From: Convolutriloba macropyga
Taxonomy: Eukaryota
Length of the DNA: 64,000 nt
Assembly: GCF_964194025.1 (NCBI RefSeq)
Contig: NC_134480.1
Span: forward strand, 33,976,001 to 34,040,000
Reading direction: 5' to 3'
Part shown: in pieces, positions 37,663-50,334 of the stretch
How positions within the stretch are numbered: position 1 is the first letter of the stretch
How the letters are laid out: every line of letters begins with the position of its first letter
Program-made: the position numbers and the translations under genes
Notes under the pieces: generated by a model
The model's input: the letters and a program-made list of their open reading frames with translations, nothing else
Told to the model about the DNA's origin: nothing
Databases searched by the model: none

Positions 37663-38271
37663 GAGAAAAATTTGCTCCCGCAGAAGATCTTTTAGAATGA
37701 TTCGTATAGTTTTGACTAAGAACGACTCTTTTTTGTGATCCAGTGTGTAGAATGTGCAGCAACAAACCATGTTATTAAATGGAAACCTTTTTTAAGTTCT
37801 TTTAACATAAATTGTACTAAGTTTAAAGAAAACTAATATGACTGCATTTTGTTTCATTTTTCAAGCGCATAATTGTCTGTATTTCGAAATCAACTGTATA
37901 TTCATGTTAAAAATTGGTTGCAGTGCCGTCAATGTTTCTGCAGGCAGATAACTTAAAGGAAGCAACAGGGATGACATCAAGCAAAAAGATTAACCAGTCA
38001 TTTGTGTTCTCTTGCTGTAATTTTTGATTTTTTTGCAAAGTTCCTAGATTTTGTTTGAAAATTGAGCATGTTGCCCGACGTAAATGAACGAAATTTAATC
38101 AAATATGCAGAAATTTTTATCGGGTCTTTCTAAACAAAGGATAACCCCCTAATATTAAAGCTGGTCAATTGCAGTGCAAAATCATTGATTGTCTTTTTTT
38201 CCCAAATTTCTGGTACTTGAAAATTTATTGTTCATGGGAGAATTCAACTTATAGATGAAACCATTACGAGG

Positions 38272-38342
<71 letters not shown>

Positions 38343-38954
38343 TCCTCGTAATGGTTTCATCTATAAGTTGAATTCTCCATAGAACAATAAATTTTCCAGT
38401 ACCAGAAATTTGGAAAAGAAAAAAGACAATCAATGATTTTGCACTTTAATTGACCAACTTTAATATTAGGGGGTTATCCTTTGTTTAGAAAGACCCGATA
38501 AAAATTTCTGCATATTGGATTAGATTTCTTTCTTTTACGTCGGGCAACATGCTCAATTTGCAAACAAAATCTAGGAATTTTGCAAAAAATCAAAAATTAC
38601 AGCAAGAGAACACAAATGACTGGTTAATCTTTTTGCTTGATGTCATCCCTGTTGCTTCCTTTAAGTAATCTACCTGCAGAAACATTGACGGCACTGAAAC
38701 CAATTTTTAACATGAAAATACAGTTGATTACGAAATATAGACAATTATGCGCTTGAAAAATGAAACAAAATGCAGTCATATTCGTTTTCTTTAAACTTAG
38801 TGCAATTTATGTTAAAAGAACTTGAAAAAGGTTTCCATTTAATAACATGGTTTGTTGCTGCACATTCTACACACTGGATCACAAAAAACAATCGTTCTTA
38901 TTCAAAACTATACGAATCATTCTAAAAGTTCATCTGCGGGAGCAAATTTTTCTC
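37663..38954. repeat. Large inverted repeat (~610-bp arms) around an AT-rich spacer
   Basis: 37663-38271 is the reverse complement of 38344-38954 with scattered mismatches. The centre (~38272-38343) is (TA)n with TAAA interruptions. The right arm runs into the gap. Confidence 0.95.
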
Positions 38955-39104
38955 NNNNNNNNNNNNNNNNNNNNNNNNNNNNNNNNNNNNNNNNNNNNNN
39001 NNNNNNNNNNNNNNNNNNNNNNNNNNNNNNNNNNNNNNNNNNNNNNNNNNNNNNNNNNNNNNNNNNNNNNNNNNNNNNNNNNNNNNNNNNNNNNNNNNNN
39101 NNNN
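38955..39104. other. Assembly gap (150 N)
   Basis: N run. Confidence 1.
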
Positions 39105-42100
39105 TCTGATGTTTATGGCACTGATGTGAGTACTATGGAAAATGTTTATCCTTCTGCACTACAATTTGCTATCTCTATTTAAATGACTTCCTATTCCTTT
39201 GAAAAGAAATTCCACTGAATATTTTTTTGAGTTTTTAATATTTTTTGTCTTTTACAATTTTTCATCATTGGACGAAAGCTGGGAGATGTTTAACTTATAT
39301 AAGAGTGAGAAAACGTGATACGTGAGCAAAACCTATTAAGATAAATTTTTCCAACATTTTTTTTTCGACAAAAAATTGAAATCGAAATTTTTGAATTTTT
39401 GTCAAAATATGTACAAGCGTTAAAATGTTAATTGTTGGTAGCTTCCAACAATTCTGTTTTTTTGTTTCGACTTTTATATATCGCAAATTTCTAGTCGCCA
39501 ATAAAATAATGGCAAAAAGATGACAGACAGCAAACAGTTCTCACTTTCACGGTTGAGAGAGAATCTGTGTTAATTTTAAACTCGGAACAACTCGCAACAA
39601 CTTGGGACTCAATTAGCTACATGATTTGTTCAATAAAGGGATAATTGAGGAGAAAGTTAATTTACTTGTTCCGATTTTTATGTAGATTGGCGAAAATAAA
39701 CTCAAAAGTAGTAATGAAATTCTTCTGTCAGCGAAAATTCTTTTTGTGAGCTGATTTTTATGGTGGAGACATCATAAAGCACTTTTAACCTTATATGATT
39801 CCAATAAGCAAAATGGCTTTCAACGATCATTTAATTGCCGCAATCCTGATATCACTCATATTTTGTCCCATATCACACACGAGCAACAATTTGAGTTCCC
39901 TTATATAGTAATAAGGGCTCATAGAGAAAATCTTGAGGGAAATCCGTTTTGAAACACCCTCGCCCATTTATTAAGATTATAAAATGGAACACACTTACAA
40001 ATTGCGTAAGTTTACTCGTCTCCTAAATGTGCCAATAGCTAAATAGCAATGGACAGTAACGATAGGCTTTGCTGCTTTTGGTGTCTGACCTTAGTTGAAT
40101 ACAATCAATTTTTAGATCAGGATCGTGCCATAATAATTGGGATGATTCAAAGGCAATTGGTCAGTGCTTTTTTGGAAATTTTTAGCTAGCAAGAGCACAT
40201 TAACAAGCCTCCCTGTTGACTCTAAACTGAGACGCAGAAACCATTGTTGACTTCTTGTATCTGCTTTTAGAGTAAAAAATAGGGTTAATGTGTAAACAAT
40301 CGCCATCTCTGTTTCGGGTTTTGAGTTTCTCAGAAGAGTTTCTGCAACAAACCGAAAAAATTCAGTTACATTTAATAATTTTTGCGGAAATTTTTATTAA
40401 ATACTGTGTAGATTATTTTTTCATAAAGAAGAAGACAACTCAAATTTTAGTTCCGAAACATCAACGAAATAATAAATTGCAAGAAAATCCTTTGTTTTTG
40501 TCATTCCTAATTGGTGGTTGAAAAATTATCTCAGCTTTTTTTTTTGTTTGAACAGTTTTAGCTTATCGAAATAAAGAAAATGCAAAATTGCAAGTGTAAT
40601 CATTACAAGGTACGCAGAGCATATAAAGCTCTAAGTTTGAAAAAGACAGCAGTTTTGTTTACTATATCAGAGATCAATTTTTCGAGGAAATTGGATTTTG
40701 TTACTGAAAAGAGGATTCCAGCAGCATTCATTACTATCTAAGACATTTTTTTATCATGGTTGCAGGCTCGTGTAGACTGTCAAAATTTGAAAGAACACAT
40801 AATTTGTGATGGAATGTAACCGAAACGTATTGAGAAATACTACGAAAACAACACACAGTTTTGCGACTATCTGATATTTATGGCACTGATGGGAGTACTA
40901 TGGAAAACGTTTATCCTTCTGCACTACAAATTGTTATCTCTATTTAAATGACCTCCTATACCTTTGAAAAGAAATTCCACTGAATATTTTTTTGAGTTTG
41001 TGATATTTTTGTCTTTTACAGTTTTTCATCCTTGGACGAAGAACGGGAGATGTTTAACCTATATAAGAGTGAGAAAACGTGATACCTGAGCAAAATCTAT
41101 TATGATCAATTTTTCCAACAATTTTTTTACTTCGACAAAAAATTGAAATCGAAAGTTTTGAATTTTTGTTATCAAATTATGTACAAGCGTTAAAATGTTA
41201 ATCTATATGCCCGTTTTTGATAATAGCATCTGTCACACTGTTTAGTTTTTCTGTTAATTGTAGGTAGCTTCCAACAATTCTGTTTTTTTGTTTCGACTTT
41301 TATATATCGCAAATTTCTAGTCGCCAATAAAATAATGGCGAAAAGATGACAGACAGCAAACAGTTTTCACTTTCACGGTTGAAAGAGAATCTGTGTTAAT
41401 TTTAAACTCGGAACAACTCGCAACAACTTGGGACTCAATTAGCTACATGATTTGTTCAATAAAGGGATAATTGAGGAGAAAGTTGATCTACTTGTTCCGA
41501 ATTTTATGTAGATTGGCGAAAATAAACTCAAAAGTAGTAATGAAATTCTTCTGTCAGCGAAAATTCTTTTTCTGAGCTGATTTTTATGGTGTAGACATCA
41601 TAAGTTTTTTGATGTCTAAACGGACAAAAATTGTATCACCAAACATGTTAACAGTAACAAATTTGCCTTAACTTTTTTCTGTGCTGAATCACTTTTAACT
41701 TTATGTGATTCCCACTCGCAAAATGGCTTTTAACGATCATTTAATTGCCGTAATCCTGATATCACTCCTATTTTGTCCCATATCACACACGAGCAACAAT
41801 TTGAGTTCCCTTATATAGTAATAAGGGCTCATAGAGAAAATCTTGAGGGAAATCTGTTTTGAAACACCCTCGCCCATTTATTAAGATTATAAAATGGAAC
41901 ACACTTACAAATTGCGTAAATTTACTCGTCTCCTAAATGTGCCAATAGCTACATAGCAATGAACAGTAACGATAGGCTTTGCTACTTTTGGTGTCTGTCC
42001 ATAGTTGAATACCATCAATTGTTAGGTCAGGATCGTGCATTCGTCTGTGCTTTATTTTGTAAACCTTCGGCTAGAAGGAACACATCAACGAGCCTCCCTG

Positions 42101-43454
42101 TTGATTCTAAACTCAGACGCAGAAACCACTGTTGGCATCGTGGTAGCTGTTTATGGTTGATTTGTAAACATTTGCCATTTCTTTTTCTGGTTTTGAGTCT
42201 CACAGACGAGTTTCTGCAACAAACAGAAGAAGTTCAGTTGCTTTTAATGATATTTGTCAGAAAAGAAAAATTCAGCTTTTGATATACATTTTCAATATTT
42301 AATCTCAAAACTGCAAAAAGAATTCCCGAATCGTTTAGTTCTAGTGGTTTGAAATAAGGTCCGTGAAACTAAAAATGGTTTTTAAACAATTAACAAAAAT
42401 TTTTATATTTAATTCTGATTTCATTAATATTGACCTGTTAAGTATTCTACTGCCTTTATAAACATGGTTAGTTATGAGCGGCAATTTAAAATGAAGGAGA
42501 ATTGTAAATGAGGCGCCGAAATAAAGAATCTTTATATAATTTTGCGAAAATTCGATTCTCTGGGCTATTTCAGAAAGAAAAACAAAATCTTTCGTACTGA
42601 AATGAGAGAGTGGTGCGTGCTCTTTTTTTCAAGACACCGCCTTGAAAAATTTGTCACTGAAAAACCGGATTGACCTTAACAAAGGATTAACTATTTTTCC
42701 AAAATAAATTTCCTGCTAGCCTGGGAATAAATCAGATGTCATCACAAAGACCACACCTTTTTATGTCACGCCTTCTCCTAAGTAATAAACGTTCATTGTC
42801 GGGTTACAATAGAAAAACTGGAGTCTAATTTATGTTTATATGTTGCAGACAACCAATCAATTTAAAACATTGTTTATAAAAAATGTCTGGAAAAACAACA
42901 AACAAATAGCGGAGTGAGTAATCTTGTGTTTAATCGTTTGAAAGACTGTTCTAAGAATCGAACTAACTAGTGTATTACTAATGCTAGGCATATTTTTTTT
43001 TATAACTTAAGTAGATTTATATTGAAAATCATGCGTCAGAATTAAGTCGTGGCTATTGTAAGAATAAGATTTCTTTGTGTTTGTTTATGTGGTTTGATGT
43101 TGAATTTGGCTTTGGTAAAAGAATGAATTTCTTCTTATACAAAACTGGAAAAAATTAGTTTTTAAAAGGAGATTCAAACAGTAAAACATATGTGGCATTT
43201 TAATTTACGTTTTAATATTATTTCGGTGTCATCTTTATCTGTTGTCTTCTACTGCGCGTGGTTTTAAACTATTACTATCATATTCTTCATTTCAGATTTT
43301 TAAACTATTATACATCCGTCAATAGAGTTATGATTAAAATTGCGATAAAAATTACTGCTAATTTATCATCATCTGTTTTCGTATCAATTCAGAGCATTAA
43401 AATAAGAAAAATTAATTTTTAAGCCATAATGTAATGAAAATTACCACTGCTATT

Positions 43455-43500
43455 ATTTCATTTTTTTCTTTTCTATCCTCTTTTTCTGTTTATTTTGCAG
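43455..43500 (+). promoter_or_regulatory. Strong splice acceptor upstream of the GALNT start (5'-UTR intron)
   Basis: ~45-nt polypyrimidine tract ending TTTTGCAG at 43500, 152 nt before the ATG. Confidence 0.6.
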
Positions 43501-43652
43501 CGTGGAATAAAAATTTGTCACACTAGAGACAATTTTTAGCTAATGTGGCATTTGTGCCTAATATTATTTTTATAAACCAAAACTTACTAATTATAACAGA
43601 AAACTCCTTGAAAAGTTCTTGACTTTTTAAGCGAATTAAACCAGACTTTAAA

Positions 43653-44160
43653 ATGCCGTCTCGCGTAACCAGAAAACTTTTCGGCTTAAGTGCTAGTAAA
43701 AATTCTCTTCTTTACTGTAAAATTGTATTATTAACATCTATTTTTTGGTTTCTATGTGACGTATTAATTTTATTCCATTTTTCGGCGCCTCAAAATTCGC
43801 TTTCGGCAGCCGAAGATCATCAGCCAATTATAGCCGAACAGGTCGAGAAGCCGAAACAAGTTAGAGCTTTAGAAGCACAAAATGCCATTATTGATTCTGC
43901 TAAAGACGCTACTGCCAAAAAATTAGACGAAAAAGGTCATTTAGCAGAAAATGCTCCGGCTGAATTAGTTAAAAAAGATAGCGAAAATGGAAATGCTGCA
44001 GGGCAACCAATAGAAGCTGACAAAAAACAACCAATGGGAGAAGAGAAAGATCAGCCTATCAGGAAAGATAACGTCAAGGATGGTGGCGGAAGTGGTGATC
44101 ATTTTAATGATGAGGAGCCTGAAAAAGAAGTTCAGGTGCCTGCACAGAAAAAGACATTTG
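43653..44160 (+). CDS. GALNT1: Polypeptide N-acetylgalactosaminyltransferase (GALNT1/13-like), coding exon 1: cytosolic tail, TM, stem
   Basis: YCKIVLLTSIFWFLCDVLILFHFS matches GALNT1/13 [24 protein letters not shown]. Charged stem follows. GTAATG donor, phase 1. Confidence 0.88.
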
Positions 44161-44427
44161 GTAATGAATATTATATAGCAATGGATATTACCCAACTTTC
44201 ATTAGGCTGTGCAAATCAATTTCAGTACAAAACGAACAATATTTTGCTCACGCGTGGTAACATAAACAAAAATTTTGTTCACGCGTGAAGGAAATATTTT
44301 CTACACTTTTGCAAATCCACTCAAAATAAAAATTGTGGTGTCTAAATGAGACGACCTGATTTTTCTCTCAGCTCAATTTTAACATCGGGGATCAAAAAAT
44401 TTTAATGTAATTCAAGTATCTGCAGAA

Positions 44428-45783
44428 CGGAGACGATATATTAGGCGAAAGCTTAATTAGTTAAAGCTTTTATGTGTAGCCATTTTTCAAATAAATTTTG
44501 TGGAAATTAGGTGAAAACCAACCAAAAAACATATAGGCGGTTTTTCAAGTGAAGCATTCTTTGCTTAGAATTATCTCTCATTTATGCCAACTTGCTTCTC
44601 TAACTTTGTCACATCCCATAGTTATCAAATATTTAAAATAAAGCAATTATTGTTCTCCGCACGTTCCCTTGTAAATATTGCCAGAATCAATTTTCCTGAT
44701 ATTTCAGAGGGTCGTAGTAGAATTAATGTAAAAATGTAAAAACTGAACAATTTACAAGCACATTATTGACTGGTTTTCATCCAAAGAAAATTGCAAGGAA
44801 AACTTGAGTACACCATAACGTCAAGTGGATTCTGAACTAACATATATCATTCGTTTCCGTCTAATTTTCAATTTTTAGACAATTTTTTTGCCTAATTCAA
44901 TGAAAATTGTTTTCTGCTAATCAGTTTTCTGCATTACGACGCAGAGGTATACCCCAAAATTTCCGCCTTAGTAAAATTGGCTAGAAAATTAGATACATAC
45001 AATGAACGAAATTAGGAGACATCCTTTGTGTCTTACTTTTCGCAAAAGGGGTTCCGCCAATTTTGCGAAATAAAAGAACATTCGGAACGAAAAGTAAGTT
45101 ACAAGTCTTGTAGCACGTTTCCGCTCAATTTAGGTATCTATTATTCGCGAGCATTTTGAGCATGCAATAAGCACTTTAATAAAGAATTACTTGAAGCTTT
45201 CAAAGCTTTAAAGTGCTTTAAATGCATGCAAACACGAAAACTGATTTTTTTCCCGAAAAATCTCTCGCACCTCAAAGGCTTTGTATATCAATGTGGGACT
45301 GGCCGATTTTAATAAGCAGTAATAAATAGTAATAATAAGTAGTAATAAATAGCAAAAAAGTACTATCAGTAGTAATAAAGTAGTAAAAAAGTACTACTAG
45401 TAGTAATAAGTTAGGCTTATTTAAATAAGTAGTAATTAAGTTAGGCTTAATTGCGGATTATATGCAAAATCGAGCTACATTGAGTGTAAAAAATTGATAC
45501 AAAATTGGAGCAGATGCGTGATACAAGCCGTGCGGAAAATAGGTTATGAAGTTTGTACTTGTATTTCGCGGCTAGGATTACGAAACTTTTGCGAACACGG
45601 GTTGCTAATTTCCCTTCCATTTTGCCAGTTTCTGCTAAAGTAGCTATTTTCCGCAATATTGTTCCATTTTCAATGTATTAACATGGTAAAAACGAACACG
45701 AGATACACGCATCGGGCTTATCTGCCCGTGGCGATTTGGGTATACCTTTGCGTCATAATGTGCCTAATGTCTTACGTCCCCCG
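44428..45783. mobile_element. Foldback/MITE-like element with a split left TIR and central (AGT/AAT) low-complexity repeat
   Basis: The reverse complement of the right end (45738-45783) matches CGGAGACGATATATTAGGC (44428) plus GCATTACGACGCAGAGGTATACCC (44931). AGTAATAA repeats at 45318-45445. Confidence 0.55.
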
Positions 45784-47413
45784 AATAACTATTGAATGAA
45801 CTTTTTTCTGCGTAAAAACTGTGTGAAAGAGTGCCATAGCCTCACTGATCGCAGTAATTTATTGAATGTTTTTGACCAGGTTTCTTACCAGGAGGTACCG
45901 AAGGGAAAAACAGGTTCCCTATTTTTTGAAAACGAATATTAATTTAAATTATGTCTCTGAAATTTAGTTCTTGAAAACCATTTAAAAATTGAAGTAGCAA
46001 AAGTCATTGTTATAATAATTCAACTGAATTAGATTTTTAAAACACTTATAGATAATTTAAACAGGTCGGAATTTTTCAATTAGTTTCGAAGTTTTCACTT
46101 TTTATGAGCTAAACAAGATGTTTTTGCTCTGGTTTAAAATTTAAAAATTTCTCAATTGAAGTTCGACATTGTCTTGAATTTGTTTACAAAGTTTCCAATC
46201 ATGTACTCACATTTTAGATTACTGAAAAGATTTAATTGAAAGAAAAATTAATGAACATAACTACTTTTTTGTGGCTTAGCCCTGTATCTGCAATTTCGTT
46301 AGAATCTTATTCGGGGATATGCGATGTCTTATGAAAAGATTTTTGGGAGTCTTTCTACCGTAAGTTCTGTTTCTAATTATGATTTGGGGAAACTGTACTT
46401 CAAACTAATTTTTTTCAATATTGTTTTTCTCTCTAATTTTACCCTAATGTAAATCTACCATATCAGAGTAAAGGATTTTCCATATAATTATCAAACTAAG
46501 ATATTAATGTTTTCAGAATTGAATGATAATTATATTATGTTAAACTATATAAATGCCTAACCCTCCAATTAATAATTCATACGCTCATTGCTGACAACTA
46601 GATTATATTTCCGATATATTGTATTTCTTGAGAATGAATTATGTAATTTTTTCACATCATTACCAGTTTTTTAGAAATCAGGGATGCAGGATAGCATATT
46701 GTGCTGATAAGATGGATCAATGTATGGTATCGCACAGAACTTTTGTAACTCTTGTCCAAGATCAACTGAAGTTAATAACTTTTCATAAAATATTTTTTGT
46801 AACTCAATTGAAAAAGAAATTCCCGGATCAAGCAAAATGGTCAATTAATGGTCAATTAAAATGATTATCAGGAATATCACCAGTGTATAAACCAAAAAAT
46901 TAGAACCTTTTTTTCTGTTTAATAGCAAGACTGAATGTTTATTTGTATCCTATGAAATGATTACGTGAATCTGTTAGAGGTCACTGAGAAGTTTTTGCGT
47001 TTTTCGAGAACCGCGAAGCAGTTCGAGTTGTTAAGTCAAAATTCCAAAGTGACCTATGCTAAGTTGCGTAACCATGCTTAAAACAGAAAATTTGCTTGTT
47101 TTAAAGAAACATAAGTCAACTTCTGGCTAAGTAGAAATTTCTGGCATTTTAACTTCTGGCACTGCGGACTTTCGGCATTTTAAAATGTGCACTTGGATTG
47201 TTTTAATCTCCTTTTAAATCCAACGGTTTTATTGTTTTCCAAGAACGAAGCAGCTGTGTCCTGAAATGTTTTTAAACTGTAAGTTTATGTAAGGTGTTCT
47301 ATTGCTCTGGTTCATACACTTCTCATATCATTATTGTTTTAAAAAAAACACGTAGGTTCCATTTCAATTGGAGAATTCAGAAAAAAAGATTTTTAAACTC
47401 AGATTAGAAAAAT

Positions 47414-47590
47414 AGATCCTTTCTATATGTGCCCCCCCCCCCCCCCCCAACTGAGAGGATGCATATTAATTGCACACCCAAGCGCACTTGCCATTTTTAT
47501 ATAATGATTTACAATTTAATAATGACGCTGGGGCTCTTCTATAAATGGGGGTTCAAAAAGTACTGGGGTACGCATAAACGGAAATGATCC
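47414..47590. mobile_element. MITE related to 31789-31974, flanked by AAT
   Basis: Ends AGATCCTTTC...GAAATGATCC, a poly-C tract, shared CAAGCGCACTTGC, and AAT on both sides (3-bp TSD, PIF/Harbinger-like). Confidence 0.6.
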
Positions 47591-47633
47591 AATTAATCTT
47601 TAGTTTAATTCAGTGTGTTTTTGTGACTTATAG

Positions 47634-47829
47634 TGAACATGATGGGTGATCTGTACGAGCGAGACCTACACCCCCCTAAGAGTCTTCCGGGGGAGTATGG
47701 ACAGGGTCACAGAGTGAGAAAGGAAGAGAAGGAGGAGGAGAAGAAACTGTATTCAATCAATCAGTTCAACTTATTAGTGTGCAACAAGATCTCAATCAAC
47801 AGATCTCTAGCTGACTACAGACCTAAAGG
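47634..47829 (+). CDS. GALNT1: GALNT exon 2
   Basis: PGEYGQG...INQFNLLVCNKISINRSLADYRP is a typical GalNAc-T segment. TTATAG acceptor and GTTAGT donor; phase 1 in, phase 2 out. Confidence 0.92.
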
Positions 47830-48907
47830 GTTAGTTTCTGTTTTTAGTACCCAAAATTCAGCCTCGTCGAATTGCAGTATTGAAAAAAAATTGAGCCTAA
47901 TAAATGCCAAATATAATTTACGCTTCAAACTCATTCATTCTTTCCTAATTGTTCCTTTCAATTGAACTATCTCAGTTTGAACAAAGTTTTGACGCATAGT
48001 TTTTTTTCGAAAACCGCAATTTCGATAGCCATTAAAAAAACGGAGTTGTTTTTGTTAACGAAGTTCAGATCTAAATCGAAATGAATTTCCTCATTAATGA
48101 TTGGAATTCAGCTTGTTGGTTAATGACCAGATTTTAGGCAGATTTTACTTTATCTATGGATCTCGACCGTGTGATCAACAACACACTTCCATTCTTGCGA
48201 GTTTTCAATTGTCTCATCATTAATGCACACCTCGACTTGGGATCACGTTTACCTTTTTTAACATGGGTTATCCTGATTTTTTTGAATTCACGAGGCAACC
48301 GTCAACCTTGATATTGATCAGTTGCTTGGTCCGCAAATCAAATTTTATTGTTTAATTTTGTTATATGATTACCCGGAGCAACCTCCCATAGTAAACCAGT
48401 ACTGAACAATACTATTTCAATTCTGTAATTTTACTCTGAACAATACTATGATCAAGTCTTTTTTTTTAGACTTTTCATTGCAAAATCAGAACCAAAATAT
48501 AGGTTTCGCTGAATTTAAGATGGGACATACTCCGTCAACAGTCCGAGAAAGAACTGCAAATACACTTACACAGGCTAAAACAAAACACTTAGCAAAATAT
48601 TTATTTAGAGAAAATGGTTAACTTACAAGCCTTTAGGTATTCATAAACAGGAGTAAGAATATACTTTTAGTTCTGAGTACTGATCTTCATCAATCCGTAA
48701 ACATCGTGATTGATCTAGAGGCATCAGGACTGAACCATTATTTACCATTATAGACAGGTCCATGGTGGTTGAAAGTTTTTTCAATTTTTCTATTACAGCC
48801 TCGGATAAATCAAAGAAAAGTTGAGAGAAAAAGCAAATGCTCAAAAAAAGTCTAAAATAGCCGAAAAAGAACCAAGTTGCCAAAAATTTTCACGCTGCAA
48901 AAACCTC

Positions 48908-48980
48908 AGACTAGGAAAGGGATCGAACCCCCGACCTCTCTGTTAAAAAATGGTGGCAATAACCACTACGCTAATAGAAG
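48908..48980 (-). repeat. tRNA-derived SINE head or tRNA pseudogene
   Basis: The - strand has A-box TAGCGTAGTGG and B-box GGTTCGATCC at tRNA-like spacing. Acceptor and anticodon stems do not pair. Confidence 0.65.
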
Positions 48981-50164
48981 TATGCATTATTTCCTCTCAC
49001 AATCTGTTTTATTTTAGCAACATGATAGAAGACATAACAATAGCAAAAAAAATAAAAAAAAAACAATTGATAGATATATCTCCATAAAGAAGAAAAACCG
49101 ATTAAAAGTAAAATAAAGGACCAAATAAAAAATATGTTAATTTGTTTCATAACATTCTTTTAAAATCGCAAATTCCCCACCACTGACGTTATAATGTTAT
49201 GGTTCACGTATTATATCTATTATATATTTCCATTTCAGATGTGGGGTTCCTCTATACCCCCGCACCACGGAGTTATGCTCCCCCCATTGTGGTATAAAAA
49301 CCGTGATGGGGGTGTCATGCATTACATAACCACAAAGTAAGCTCGGAGATTTGGAGGGATAAAGTGGGAAGGCCTGGACCCTCATAGTATATCAGTACTA
49401 AATCACTGTATATCGTCGGCCCGAATGGAATCTGTTTTCGTCGGACCTAAAACAAAGACATTCTTAAAAAATTCCATTACAGTCTGAAATAAAACCACAA
49501 ATATCTGAATTTCGGCCATAAATATCTGAATATATGTCATGTTCCAGGCACTCGGCATGTATTTAGTGGTTTTGGCGTGTATTTACTGGTCTTGGTGGTT
49601 TTTCGCTAATCTTAAAACTTTTTTTGCAACGTTTTAAAGTTGTAAGTTATTGTCATGCTCAAAAAGTGCATCGTCCAAAATTTCAATTTGTTTTCCAAAT
49701 TTTCACAATTTGTCATGATTTTCATATGAACATAATGGGAATCAAAACCAAGGATGCTCAGTCTATTTTCAGGAAAAAACTAACAACGGGACTTATACTG
49801 CACATCATGAGTAGCAAGATACCCTTAGGATACACTGATACAGTACTGGGCCGACGCTATACAATTGGAATACAATGTTTCATTACTGATATACTATGGG
49901 ACGAGGGTCCTGGTCCTGTTTGCAAATTTTTCTGACTCAATAATGGTAAAAATAATGGATGCCTTTAACAGCAAAGATCTTTCTGCTCTCAACTTTATCC
50001 TGTTGAGAGTTGAAGATAATTAGCACAAACAATATGGAAATCTGAAGCATAGTAAAATGCACTAAATAAGAAACCAAATGGCCTGGTAACTAAAAGTTTC
50101 AAGATTTGTGAAAAAAGAAAACAAAATGGGTTATTGAACAGCTTCACGTGATGCTTCCGTTCAG

Positions 50165-50334
50165 GTGTCTAAAACACGAGTACCCTATGGAGCTGCCAGA
50201 CACTACAGTGGTGATAGTGTTCCACAATGAGGCCGAGTGTACCCTTCTAAGAACTATTCATAGTGTCATCAACAGGTCACCCAGACATCTCCTCCGTGAA
50301 ATCATTCTAGTCGACGATGCCAGCGAAGGAAGGG
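50165..50334 (+). CDS. GALNT1: GALNT exon 3 (start of GT-A domain)
   Basis: [49 protein letters not shown] acceptor and GTAAGT donor; phase 2 in, phase 1 out. Confidence 0.95.

Larger units (their letters stand above)
35070..42260 (+). repeat. Tandem duplication of a ~1.8-kb unit; copy 1 (35070-35567 plus 39105-40380) is split by a ~3.5-kb insert; copy 2 is 40383-42260
   Basis: Long near-identical collinear runs. Copy 2 reads GCGACTA-TCTGAT contiguously, whereas copy 1 breaks at ~35567 and resumes TCTGAT right after the N gap. Confidence 0.9.

Noticed and set aside
38182-39182. ORFs with IYIYIY runs or X stretches (also 19767-19961 and 63387-63909)
   Set aside because: Artefacts of (TA)n microsatellites and N gaps.
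48908-48980. Functional tRNA gene
   Set aside because: A and B boxes are present, but the acceptor and anticodon stems do not pair.
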